From contig JAUIHG010000001.1 of NCBI GenBank assembly GCA_030432405.1, positions 5,908-69,907 on the forward strand: a stretch of DNA of 64,000 nt. The letters are read 5' to 3'. The DNA is from Bacteroidia bacterium. Lineage in GTDB: Bacteria > Bacteroidota > Bacteroidia > Chitinophagales > BACL12. Every line of letters starts with the position of its first letter. Position 1 is the stretch's first letter. Below the pieces are notes generated by a model that was not told the DNA's origin, ran no database searches, and saw nothing but the letters and a program-made list of their open reading frames with translations. A program made the position numbers and the translations under genes. This document shows, piece after piece, positions 44,765-54,053 of the stretch.

Positions 44765-46281
44765 ATACCTTGACCGCTGTTATACAACCGGGTGCGGTAC
44801 CCGCCACCGCGCTCTGGCAAGGTCCCTGGACGGGCCAGATGCTCGACGCACTGCTGCGCAGCAGCCTGCTCTTGCTCGTGGCCTGGGCGGGCTACCGCTT
44901 CCTGTTGCGCGACACGCGCTGGTTCCGCCTCAACCGCGCCGTGCTGCTGGGCATCGTAGCCGCCACCGCACTGGTGCCCTGGCTGCCCCTGCGCAGCACC
45001 GCTACCGGGATCGCACGCTGGTTCCGGGCCGCACCGCAGGCCGCCGAACCGGTTTCCCCCGGCTTTGAGGCCCTGTTGACGGGTTTCATGTTGCCCACGG
45101 TGACGGCCTCGGTGGCCGATGCGCCCGGCTGGGGCCAGGTGCTCCTGCTGATCTGGGCGCTGGGCGTGGCGTTTTTTGCCGGGATGTTCTTGCGGGACCT
45201 GGGGCGGGTGTTCGCCCGCTTGCGGGCCACGCGACCGGCCATGCTGTTGGGGCAGCGCGTCCGCCTGGGACAGGACAACGACAGTTTCAGCTTTGGCCCG
45301 GCCGTGGTGATCGGCCGCCGCGACGCGGAGGATCCGGAGCGCTTGGCCGCCGTGCTGGCGCACGAACGCGCCCACAGCCGGCAGGGGCATTCGCTGGATG
45401 TGCTGATGGCCGAATTGCTGCGCGTGCTGCTGTGGTTTCACCCGGCCGCCTGGTGGCTGCGCGGGGACATTGCCGAAAACGCGGAATTCTTGGCGGACCG
45501 CGCAGCGGTGGAAGCCACCACGGCAGGCCCGCGTGATGCCGCAGCGGATGGGACCGCGGCAGATGGGACTGCACCGAGCGGGGCTCCGAGTACTGCCGCG
45601 CCGGATCACAACACCGCCCCCGGCCAGGCCGCCTTCGCGCGCGCGCTCAACAACAACCCCGCCCTGCCCTACGCCCGGCGGCTGATCGAACACCAATTGG
45701 CCAACCTGCAGGGCCATTCCCGTGCACCGCACGCTGCATCACAACACAGCCTGGTGCACGCTTTTCATCAACACCAACTCAAACGACGCATCGACATGCT
45801 CACACACACCAAAACACCCCGTGCCCGACTGCTGCGCTATGCGGCCGTCCTGACCATTGCTTCCACCGCCATTGTGGCCTGCGCCAGCGAAGCGGAACAG
45901 GACATCCAGGCCGACGCCCGGATGCATTCCGGTAACCACGCCACGCCCATGGATTCGATTTACATGGTCACCGATGATCCGGCCGAATTCCCCGGCGGCA
46001 TGGAGGCCATGATCGAATACCTGTCCGAAGAAATCACCTACCCCGCCGAAGCCAAAAAAGCCGGTGTGCAGGGCAAAACCTTTGTGCAATTTGTGGTGGA
46101 CCCCGATGGCCGCGTGGTCCGCACCAAAGTGGTCAAGGGCTTTTCCGATGCCTGCGACGCTGAAGCCCTGCGTGTGGTCGAGGCCATGCCCGACTGGCAA
46201 CCCGCCAAAATGAAAGGCGAATCGGTGGCCATGCAAATGACCCTGCCGATTGCTTTTGTGCTGCCGCCCAAAAGCGAATAA
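44761..46281 (+). CDS. M56-family (BlaR1-like) metallopeptidase signal transducer fused to a TonB C-terminal domain
   Basis: The start overlaps blaI (ATGA). It has 4 N-terminal TM helices and the HExxH motif LAHERAHSRQGH. The C-terminal TonB_C domain reads FPGGMEAMIEYLSEEITYPAEAKKAGVQGKTFVQFVV...MTLPIAFVLPPK. Confidence 0.85.
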   Translation: MNTLTAVIQPGAVPATALWQGPWTGQMLDALLRSSLLLLVAWAGYRFLLRDTRWFRLNRAVLLGIVAATALVPWLPLRSTATGIARWFRAAPQAAEPVSPGFEALLTGFMLPTVTASVADAPGWGQVLLLIWALGVAFFAGMFLRDLGRVFARLRATRPAMLLGQRVRLGQDNDSFSFGPAVVIGRRDAEDPERLAAVLAHERAHSRQGHSLDVLMAELLRVLLWFHPAAWWLRGDIAENAEFLADRAAVEATTAGPRDAAADGTAADGTAPSGAPSTAAPDHNTAPGQAAFARALNNNPALPYARRLIEHQLANLQGHSRAPHAASQHSLVHAFHQHQLKRRIDMLTHTKTPRARLLRYAAVLTIASTAIVACASEAEQDIQADARMHSGNHATPMDSIYMVTDDPAEFPGGMEAMIEYLSEEITYPAEAKKAGVQGKTFVQFVVDPDGRVVRTKVVKGFSDACDAEALRVVEAMPDWQPAKMKGESVAMQMTLPIAFVLPPKSE

Positions 46282-46404
46282 ACCGGCCCGACTTTCCTAT
46301 CGGAAAGCCATACCGCGCACACGCGAAACACCACGATCGACGTACGCGATCCATCCCGGAAATCGCAGCGGATCTACCCGCTGCCGGACCGGCTGGAAAA
46401 GCGA

Positions 46405-46440
46405 AAACCCCGGCCCGCTTGCGCGGTGCCGGGGTTTCTT
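46405..46440. terminator. Bidirectional rho-independent terminator candidate between convergent genes
   Basis: The stem is CCCCGGC (46408..46414) paired with GCCGGGG (46428..46434). An A-tract lies upstream (gaaaa) and TTTCTT lies downstream. Confidence 0.55.
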
Positions 46441-46458
46441 GTACGCTTTTGAATTGCG

Positions 46459-48525
46459 CTAGAAGTCGGTTACCGTCCGTTCTCCCCCGCCAATGGCGTA
46501 AAGGACTTGCAATCCTCCAATGGGCTTGTTGATGCCGTACTGGATCACGCCGCTGGAGGAGTTCTGATAGCCGATGAGGGGAAAGGTTCCCAACAGCCCC
46601 CATTTGTCGGCCACGTCGAAATACAGGCCAGCGTTCAGGCCGGCGCCGTAAAACACATCGGTATCGGTTGATGTGCTGCTTTCCATGTAGCCCATGAAAT
46701 TGTATTTGCTGAAATCCGCGCCCACCTCAGCGGTGATGCCAAACATGGGCTGCACCGGACCGTCCAATTCAATGGGATAGGCCTGCAGCATGGCTTCCAC
46801 ACCCACCATAATGTTGCGTTGGGTATTCGTTTCCTCCATGCCAAAGCCGCCAAAATCAAACGTGCTTCTGGAACGGTCGTAGCCAACCCCCACATTGGCC
46901 CCAACCAGGAAATTGTCCAGCACAGGAACCATGGCGCCGGCGCCCGCACGAACACGGCCATTATTGCTTTTTCCGTTTTGGCCATCGCCCAGCCAATGCC
47001 AGTAGCCCAGGTTGCCGCAGCCTACAATGCCGTCGTGGGCTGTCGGATCAAAGCCGGAGATGCGGGGCGTATAGTAGCGGGTGCGTTCGCCGGCGGAGCC
47101 GGCATTAAAATCATAGGTGGCGGAGAAGCTGGGCGCCTTGAGGTTGAGCGAATGGAAAAACAACGTCTCCTTGTACCCGAAGGCCGTCGATCCATCCGCC
47201 TTGAACGTTTCCGAGCGGTATTGCACCAGCGGGATGGAAAGACCGGCGGAAAAGCCTTCGGTCAGCTGGGCCTGAATGCCGTAATAGGCGCCCACCCGCC
47301 AACCGGTGATGTTGTCCTTTGATTCCGTGCCGCCAAAAGGGCCGTCGAAGCGGTATCGACGGCTGCCCAAAATGCCCCCGGCATGCACACCGGCGAAGGG
47401 CTGCACCGGTCCTCCGCATCCGAAAAACCAATCAAAAAACGCGTCGATCTCGCTGCGGCATTCGCTGTTGACCACGTCTCCGAATTTGTCCCGCTCACGG
47501 TCGTAGGTATAGGCCAGTCCGGCTACCGCCGAATTGAAAACCGGCATGCCCCCGCGAACGCCCACACAACTGTAGCTCAAGGTGCCGGAGTTGACGTAAT
47601 TCTCAGCGTTGTAGCCGCCAAAGGCGGTCACGATCGGTCCGTCAAAAGGCACATTGCCAGTGCAACCGTCGCCGCCGTTGATGCAGGGGTCGTCGCTATA
47701 GCCATACCCTGCATTTTGGGGACCGGCCTGATCCATCAGATCTTCCGCCGTTTTAGGCTCCTCGTCCAAGGCCGTGCGTGGGTCCTCCTCTTCGTCGCGG
47801 TCCTTCTTGCAACAGGCCAACTTCTTGACGTAGTAGAGCGTGTTTTCGGTTTCGGCCGTCAAGGCCAATCCAGCTCCCACAGCTTCCCCGGCGTACATCA
47901 TGGAAATGGGCACCACATAATCGATGGCGTAGCTTTTTATCCGGCCCTGTTCGGGCGAACAATCGCACGCATACAGCACTTGGCCGTGCAAATGGTATCC
48001 CGGCGCAGCGTTCCCATCGTTTGGGTTGCCGTCCACCATGGCCACGCGCAAATCCGGTTTGCAGGGTTCATTGTTTCGGGTTTGGTAGAGCCAGGTATCC
48101 TTCATGCGTTCGCGGAACGCGCGCAAGGCTTCAAGCTGCTCCTCCGTGAGGTCATCCGGCAGGGCCGCCATGAACGCATCCCGGTCGGCGGTGCTGCTCA
48201 GGGCCGTCAGGGTGGCGGCGCGGCCGGCCGGATCCAAACCGGATAGCGCGGCGTCCAGGTCCTGCATCAAGCTGCGGACCATGCTGTTGTCCGCCTGCTT
48301 CAAACCGGCTTGGGCGGCTTTGTAGGCCTGTTTGAGCGCGGCATCGTAACAGCGCTTTTCCAGGTGCTTGGCATCGGCCACGGTATTGGCCGGGGTCGGC
48401 TCTGGCAAGCTGAGTTCCCGGATGGGGTTTACCAGTCCGTCGGTGCCGAGTTGGGCCTTCGCCGGAGGCGAAAACAAGAGGCAGGCCAGGAGCATCAGAC
48501 TGAGCGTTCCTGCCTTTGCGGCCAT
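46459..48525 (-). CDS. Hypothetical Cys-rich outer-membrane protein (helical N-terminal region plus probable C-terminal beta-barrel)
   Basis: I use the internal ATG at 48525 (MAAKAGTLSLMLLACLLFSPPAKAQ). The C-terminal half has an alternating, Gly/aromatic-rich pattern and ends ...LQVLYAIGGGERTVTDF; a terminal Phe is typical of OMP barrels. No family recognised. Confidence 0.55.
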   Translation of the reverse strand: MAAKAGTLSLMLLACLLFSPPAKAQLGTDGLVNPIRELSLPEPTPANTVADAKHLEKRCYDAALKQAYKAAQAGLKQADNSMVRSLMQDLDAALSGLDPAGRAATLTALSSTADRDAFMAALPDDLTEEQLEALRAFRERMKDTWLYQTRNNEPCKPDLRVAMVDGNPNDGNAAPGYHLHGQVLYACDCSPEQGRIKSYAIDYVVPISMMYAGEAVGAGLALTAETENTLYYVKKLACCKKDRDEEEDPRTALDEEPKTAEDLMDQAGPQNAGYGYSDDPCINGGDGCTGNVPFDGPIVTAFGGYNAENYVNSGTLSYSCVGVRGGMPVFNSAVAGLAYTYDRERDKFGDVVNSECRSEIDAFFDWFFGCGGPVQPFAGVHAGGILGSRRYRFDGPFGGTESKDNITGWRVGAYYGIQAQLTEGFSAGLSIPLVQYRSETFKADGSTAFGYKETLFFHSLNLKAPSFSATYDFNAGSAGERTRYYTPRISGFDPTAHDGIVGCGNLGYWHWLGDGQNGKSNNGRVRAGAGAMVPVLDNFLVGANVGVGYDRSRSTFDFGGFGMEETNTQRNIMVGVEAMLQAYPIELDGPVQPMFGITAEVGADFSKYNFMGYMESSTSTDTDVFYGAGLNAGLYFDVADKWGLLGTFPLIGYQNSSSGVIQYGINKPIGGLQVLYAIGGGERTVTDF

Positions 48526-48669
48526 AGCAAAACCACGGCCTGATCCTAAGCGCCTATGGCGCCGGATCGGCGAAAACAAAAAAGAAAGCATGTGCGTTGT
48601 TGTGTTTGTTCCACAGGGAAAGTACAACGGCACACGGTGTATTAAAAATCTGCATCCGTTCCAAAGGCC

Positions 48670-49452
48670 TTATTCAGCCTCGGAGAAGTGTGGATACTGC
48701 ATATCAAAGCTGTCCAGCACTTCAGCAATTTGCGTGAGTATGACGTGCTCTTTCCACCAGTTTTTGTTGGCCGGAACGATGGTCCAGGGCCGCTCCGGAC
48801 CGCAGTGCTTGAACACGTCCTCATAGGCGGCCATGTAGGCGTCCCAGTGCTTGCGCTGTTCCCAGTCGCCGGGGTTGTGCTTCCACATTTTGTCGCGCTC
48901 CTCCATGCGTTCGCGCAGTTCATTTTCCTGTTCCTCGTAGGAAATGTGGAGGTAGAACTTCAAAACGACGGTTCCGTTGTCCTCCTCCAGGAGCTGCTCA
49001 AAGTTGTTGATGTGGCGGAAACGCTGCTGCACTTTTGTTTCGTCGATCCAGTGGTGCACGCGCTGGATCAGCACGTCTTCGTAGTGCGAGCGGTTGAAAA
49101 TGGCCACCTGCCCGCGCTCCGGCACTGCCTTGTGCACCCGCCAGAGGAAATCGTGTTTCATTTCCGTTTCCGTGGGCTTCTTGAAGGACGTGATCCGGCA
49201 ACCGATCGGGCTCATGCCTTCGAGGATGGCGTGTATGGAACCGTCTTTGCCCGCAGCGTCCATGCCCTGCAAAACGATCAGCAAACTGCGCTTGCCTTCG
49301 GCATACAACAGGCGCTGGCGCTCGCGGATATGCTCCTGCAGTTCCTTGTTGCGGTCCTTGATGGCGCCTTTGTTCGCATCGGCAGGTGGGTCGGCGGAAA
49401 TGGCGCTGAGTTTGGGCGGCTGGAAATCGGCGGTGGATCGGGTATCGGACAT
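48670..49452 (-). CDS. ppk2: Polyphosphate kinase 2 (PPK2) family protein
   Basis: I use the internal ATG at 49452. Walker A reads LLIVLQGMDAAGKDGSI. Other motifs are FLWRVHKAVPERGQVAIFNRSHYEDVL, FYLHISYEEQ and WTIVPANKNWWK. Confidence 0.9.
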   Translation of the reverse strand: MSDTRSTADFQPPKLSAISADPPADANKGAIKDRNKELQEHIRERQRLLYAEGKRSLLIVLQGMDAAGKDGSIHAILEGMSPIGCRITSFKKPTETEMKHDFLWRVHKAVPERGQVAIFNRSHYEDVLIQRVHHWIDETKVQQRFRHINNFEQLLEEDNGTVVLKFYLHISYEEQENELRERMEERDKMWKHNPGDWEQRKHWDAYMAAYEDVFKHCGPERPWTIVPANKNWWKEHVILTQIAEVLDSFDMQYPHFSEAE

Positions 49453-49544
49453 GGCTGCAAGTTGGGCAATCTCTGGATTCCGTTGGGTCGGGTTGGCCGT
49501 TTGTCGTGCCCAGCGCGGCTTTCCCAGCGCGCGGATCGGCTGCA

Positions 49545-50057
49545 TCAGGCCTCCAGTGGCCCGATCGGTGTGCGGTCCAGGCCCACCGGGAAGGCATCCG
49601 CCTTGCGGAGTTCGGCAAATGCGTCGGTACGGGGAAGTTGGCGGACCAGGGCGGCCAGGGCTGCGGGCGCTTCGCGCACGGTGCGCGCATCCAGATCGAT
49701 CCAGCAAAAGGTACACCAGGCCTTGACCGCCATGTGCCCGTTGGGTGCATACACCGCCTGTGCAAAGCGCACAAAACGTTCGTCCGCAGACAAGCCATCG
49801 AGGGCCAGGCTGACGCGCAGCACCGACTCCGGCGGACACTCGTGCAGGTAAAACACCCGGTCGCGCAGAATGGCCGGTCCGACGCGTTCCCGGTCAAAAT
49901 CTGCCTGCGCAAAACCGCCTTCCCGAAACCAGTCCATGCGCGTCTGGATCATGTAATGGCCATAAGCCGTATTGGCCACATGGCGGTTGACGTCCAGGTC
50001 GTCCCAACGCACACGGAATTTCCGCAGGTAGGGCATGTTGGAGGAGGTGGATTCCAT
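49545..50057 (-). CDS. Hotdog-fold thioesterase (4HBT/YbgC-like)
   Basis: 170 aa. FRVRWDDLDVNRHVANTAYGHYMIQTRMDWF fits the acyl-CoA thioesterase pattern, with a catalytic Asp near the N-terminus. Confidence 0.65.
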   Translation of the reverse strand: MESTSSNMPYLRKFRVRWDDLDVNRHVANTAYGHYMIQTRMDWFREGGFAQADFDRERVGPAILRDRVFYLHECPPESVLRVSLALDGLSADERFVRFAQAVYAPNGHMAVKAWCTFCWIDLDARTVREAPAALAALVRQLPRTDAFAELRKADAFPVGLDRTPIGPLEA

Positions 50058-50075
50058 GGAAATGGAACGGTCGGT

Positions 50076-51131
50076 TTAATTTGATTTTGGCACCTTGGCG
50101 CGCTGCGGACCGTACGGCACCGGTTTGGCCTCCCGAAACGGCGCCAAGGGAAACTTGGCCGCCTGCCGGCGAAGCCATTCCCGGTCCGTGACGTCCAGCA
50201 CCCTTTCGGCTTTGTTGCTTTTGGAAAGCGAACCGGTGTTGCGGTTTTTCCAGGATTCGCCGGAGGCGATCACCCCGGAAGCCCTGTCCTGATACGCCAT
50301 GACCGCCTCATCCCAGGGCAGGCCCAAAAACGAAAGCACGGGCCGGAGGGTTTCTTCCGGTTTGGCCACCAGGTCTTCGTAGCAGACAAAGGCATGGCCC
50401 GGCCGGCCAATCAGCGCACGCTGCAGGATGTATTCTTTTTTCCAGCGCTTCCAGGCCGTGCTGACGCTGCCCTGGCGGAAGGCTTCGCCGTGGCGTGTGC
50501 CTGCGTCCACGAGGCTGGCCACCTGGTCGACAGGGTCGCGCAGCATGTGCACGATGCGCACGGCGGGGTCGGCCGCACGGAAGAGGTCGGTGTAATAGAG
50601 GTGCAGCGGGGTCTTTTCGAGCCACACCGAGCGGCCCGCTTCTGCGGCCAGCGCGTCCAAAACCGAAAACAGGCCCCGAGTCCAGGCGGTGGGGTCGGCC
50701 AGGGGTTTGTCCGGGAGGCGCTGCACCGCCGCAGCCACGGCTGCGGCCTTGGCAGGGGCCGCGGCTTCCGGTAAAGGCTCCGCCTGGCCACCCGCACCAG
50801 CCTCACCGGCTACGCCGGCCAACAGGCCATGCTCGGTTAAAAAGCGCTCAACCCGGTCGCGGGCCGCACCCGGGTCGCCTGGCATAACGCTGCGGAAACG
50901 CCGGAGCCAAGGCTGCTTGGGCACGCTGTAGTCCCAAAAATGCGTTTCGGGCAGCGTGTAGACGGCCGGATGAGCGCCCAACATGCTCTGCAAGAGCGTG
51001 GTACCGCCGCGCGCGGTGCCCACCAGGAAGCAGCGGGTTTTCGCCGGAGGCGCGGCAGCTTGCGCGCGTGCGTGCGCGGCGGCCTGCGCAGAGACTTGAG
51101 GGCGGGCTTCGGAAGGTCGGCTGGACGGCAT
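50076..51131 (-). CDS. Sulfotransferase family protein
   Basis: I use the internal ATG at 51131. The PAPS-binding 5-prime PSB loop is CFLVGTARGGTTLLQSML. Later motifs are VHMLRDPVD and YEDLVAKPEETLRPVLSFLGLPWD. Confidence 0.7.
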   Translation of the reverse strand: MPSSRPSEARPQVSAQAAAHARAQAAAPPAKTRCFLVGTARGGTTLLQSMLGAHPAVYTLPETHFWDYSVPKQPWLRRFRSVMPGDPGAARDRVERFLTEHGLLAGVAGEAGAGGQAEPLPEAAAPAKAAAVAAAVQRLPDKPLADPTAWTRGLFSVLDALAAEAGRSVWLEKTPLHLYYTDLFRAADPAVRIVHMLRDPVDQVASLVDAGTRHGEAFRQGSVSTAWKRWKKEYILQRALIGRPGHAFVCYEDLVAKPEETLRPVLSFLGLPWDEAVMAYQDRASGVIASGESWKNRNTGSLSKSNKAERVLDVTDREWLRRQAAKFPLAPFREAKPVPYGPQRAKVPKSN

Positions 51132-51364
51132 ATTGCGGGCCTTCTGGCCCGGGCTTGAAGTTAAGCTCCTTTGCTGCCCGTGGCTTTCGCCCTTTGGGCG
51201 CCCCAAACCGCAACCCCGCCCTGCCCGCTGCGTACGCCTTGTTTCGGCGCAAAAGCATCCAAAACGGCCCAGCAACGCCGCTTTTGCCGATCTTTGCCCC
51301 CGACTTAGCGTACCTAGTACACTAAGCCTTCGCCTGCAAAGGCCCTCCCTTCAACAGACTGCAT

Positions 51365-53074
51365 ATGAACCCCAACGCCACCTGGCATCACCCCTACGAA
51401 CCTGATCCGCGCTTTGGCAAGCGCGTGGCCTACTTCTGCATGGAGTACGGCATCCATCAGCCGCTGAAGATCTACTCCGGCGGCCTCGGTTTCCTGGCCG
51501 GCAGCCACATGCGCAGCGCCGCCGCGATGAAGCAGAACCTCATCGGCATCGGCATGCTGTGGAAATTCGGCTACTACGACCAGTACCGCAACGAGGACAA
51601 GACCCTCCAGCCCGTCTTCATCAAGAAGTACTACCCCTTCCTGGAGGAGACCGGCATCATTGTCCCGGTCTACATCAACCAGCACCAGGTCCTGGTCAAG
51701 GCCCTCTACCTGCGTCCGGAGATCTTCGGCACCGTGCCGATGTACTTCCTGACCACCAACATCGAGGAAAACGACCACCTGGCCCGCTCCATCACCGACC
51801 GCCTCTACGACGCCAACCACGAAACCCGCATCGTCCAGAACATCATCCTGGGCGTGGGCGGTGCCAAAGTGGTCGAAGCGCTCGGCGGCACGGACATCTA
51901 CCACCTCAACGAGGGCCACGCCCTTCCGGTGGCCTTCCACCTGTACAGCAAGTACCGCGACATGAGCGAGGTGCGCCGCCGCATGGTCTTCACGACCCAC
52001 ACGCCGGAAAAAGCCGGCAACGACGAGCACGACATCTACCTCATGGACCGTCTGGGCTTCTTCAGCGACATCCCCGTCGACGAAGTCAAGCAGCTCACCG
52101 GTCAGCACGGCCACTCGCTGAGCTATACCCCGGCGTGTTTGACCTTCGCCAAACGGGCGAACGGCGTGAGCCAACTGCACGGCGCGGTGAGCCGCGGCAT
52201 GTGGAAGGACGTGCACGAAGGCTGCGAAATTGTGGGCATCACCAACTCCCAGAACAAGGCCTACTGGACGGATCCCGCCATTGAAAACGCCCGCCTGGCC
52301 GGCGATGACGAGGGGATGCGTTCGCGCAAGCGCGAAATGAAAGCCGCCCTCTTCGAGGAAGTGGCCAACCAGACCGGCAAGCTGTTTGACCCCAATGTGC
52401 TGACCATCGTCTGGGCCCGCCGCTTTGCCGCATACAAGCGCGCCGACCTGATCATGCGCGACCTGACGCGTTTCAACCGCCTGATTACCAACACGGACCG
52501 CCCCATCCAGATCATCTGGGCGGGCAAGCCTTACCCCAAGGACGAGGGCGCGATCTCGCTGTTCAACCACATCCAGAAGTACACCTACAAGCGCAAAAAC
52601 GTGGCCGTTTTGGTGGGCTACGAAATGGCGCTGTCCAAGCTGCTCAAGCAGGGCTCGGACGTGTGGCTGAATACGCCGCGCCGTCCGCGCGAAGCCTCGG
52701 GCACCAGCGGCATGACCGCCGCCATGAACGGCTCGGTGAACTTCTCGATCAACGACGGGTGGATTCCGGAATTCGCCAAGCATGGCGAAAACTGCTTCCT
52801 CATCCCCGCTGCCGAACCCGGCCTGCCGCTCAACCAGATCGACGACCTGGACCACGGCAACATGATGCGCATCCTCGAAGAGGAGCTCATCCCGGCGTAC
52901 TACGGCAAGGGCGGCGAGTGGCTGAAAATCGTCAAGCAGTCCATGCACGACGTGGCCCCGCAATTCGACTCCGACCGCATGGTCACCGAATACTACGAGC
53001 AGCTCTTCAACTACGACATGGACGTGCAAGGCCGCGGCGCGCAAAAGCGCGAAGCCGCCGTCCAGGCGAACTGA
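51365..53074 (+). CDS. Alpha-glucan (glycogen/maltodextrin) phosphorylase family GT35-like protein, divergent
   Basis: 569 aa. Motifs are VAYFCMEYGIHQPLKIYSGGLGFLAGSHMRSA, VFTTHTPEKAGNDEHD, IIWAGKPYPKDEG and NTPRRPREASGTSGMTAAMNGSVNFSINDGW. Thr (ACC, 52715..52717) sits where the PLP-binding Lys is expected. Confidence 0.85.
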   Translation: MNPNATWHHPYEPDPRFGKRVAYFCMEYGIHQPLKIYSGGLGFLAGSHMRSAAAMKQNLIGIGMLWKFGYYDQYRNEDKTLQPVFIKKYYPFLEETGIIVPVYINQHQVLVKALYLRPEIFGTVPMYFLTTNIEENDHLARSITDRLYDANHETRIVQNIILGVGGAKVVEALGGTDIYHLNEGHALPVAFHLYSKYRDMSEVRRRMVFTTHTPEKAGNDEHDIYLMDRLGFFSDIPVDEVKQLTGQHGHSLSYTPACLTFAKRANGVSQLHGAVSRGMWKDVHEGCEIVGITNSQNKAYWTDPAIENARLAGDDEGMRSRKREMKAALFEEVANQTGKLFDPNVLTIVWARRFAAYKRADLIMRDLTRFNRLITNTDRPIQIIWAGKPYPKDEGAISLFNHIQKYTYKRKNVAVLVGYEMALSKLLKQGSDVWLNTPRRPREASGTSGMTAAMNGSVNFSINDGWIPEFAKHGENCFLIPAAEPGLPLNQIDDLDHGNMMRILEEELIPAYYGKGGEWLKIVKQSMHDVAPQFDSDRMVTEYYEQLFNYDMDVQGRGAQKREAAVQAN

Positions 53075-53126
53075 GCCGCGCTACATGCTGTGCGGGGTTG
53101 CTGTTGAGCGGCCCTGAAGATTTAAG

Positions 53127-53159
53127 CCCCCATCGACCGAGAGGTTGGTGGGGGTTTTT
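53127..53159 (+). terminator. Rho-independent terminator downstream of the phosphorylase-like gene
   Basis: The stem is CCCCCATC (53127..53134) paired with GGTGGGGG (53147..53154), 8 bp including one G-U pair. TTTTT follows at 53155..53159. Confidence 0.6.
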
Positions 53160-53189
53160 GATGCCCGGGCCTCAGGCCCATTGTGGCCT

Positions 53190-53897
53190 TTAACGCTCCG
53201 GCACCATCTCCACCTCTTGCCCATCCTCCAACAACACCTTCCGATCCATCGCCACGTACACCTCCCGGCAAGGGTTGCAATGGTTTTCCAGCACCTCCCA
53301 GCGCAGCGGGTAGGGCGGAAAGGATTCCCGGTCCAATTCGGGCACCCCCCAATCGGTATCCGGATAGGCTTTTTGTACCACGGCCAAAGCCTGCTCGGGT
53401 GTGAGCAAACGGCCCTTTTGAACCGCCTTAACGGCTTTGGCGGCCTGGCTTAGGTATAGCTGCATCCGTTCCACTTCATTGTCAAAGGAAAAGTCGGACA
53501 GGGATACGGTGTCCCCGATGAACGGCAGGCTGAAGGGGAATTCAAGGGTGTGTGCCGGTTCGGGCAATGCCTTGAACACAAACATCAGTTTGGCGTGGTG
53601 CAGCGAGTCCGTGTCGTCCACGGATTTGTACCAGAGCCGGCTCCGTGTGGAGTCGAGCGTCCAGTAGTTGGAAGCGTTCGCCAAAGGCGTATTGGCGTTG
53701 ATGAAGGCCTGTGCGGAAGCAAGCACCCCGGCCCAATTGCGCGTGTAGCGCTGCCTGGGGGTCTCCATAACCTGGGTTTGGCTTCCGTCTGGAACCGTTT
53801 CAATTGCTTGTGCACATAAACAAATCGGCGCCCAGACCAACAGTGCCAAGCTCCATGTCAGGGGCCTCCATGCCGTGTGCACTCGTCTCGGTTCCAT
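53190..53897 (-). CDS. Hypothetical secreted protein
   Basis: 235 aa, ATG start, signal-like LTWSLALLVWAPICLCAQ. No family recognised. Confidence 0.5.
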   Translation of the reverse strand: MEPRRVHTAWRPLTWSLALLVWAPICLCAQAIETVPDGSQTQVMETPRQRYTRNWAGVLASAQAFINANTPLANASNYWTLDSTRSRLWYKSVDDTDSLHHAKLMFVFKALPEPAHTLEFPFSLPFIGDTVSLSDFSFDNEVERMQLYLSQAAKAVKAVQKGRLLTPEQALAVVQKAYPDTDWGVPELDRESFPPYPLRWEVLENHCNPCREVYVAMDRKVLLEDGQEVEMVPER

Positions 53898-54053
53898 GCC
53901 CCAAAGATCGACCAGGATCCGCCAAAGGCGAATACGTCCTTCGGGTGCAAGGTGATCCCCGACTTCCCCTCAGGTGCCCAAAATCACCCCGTTGACGTGT
54001 GGTGGCGCATAGCTTTATCCAATACGATCCGCCAATCCAAATCCAGTGGTACC

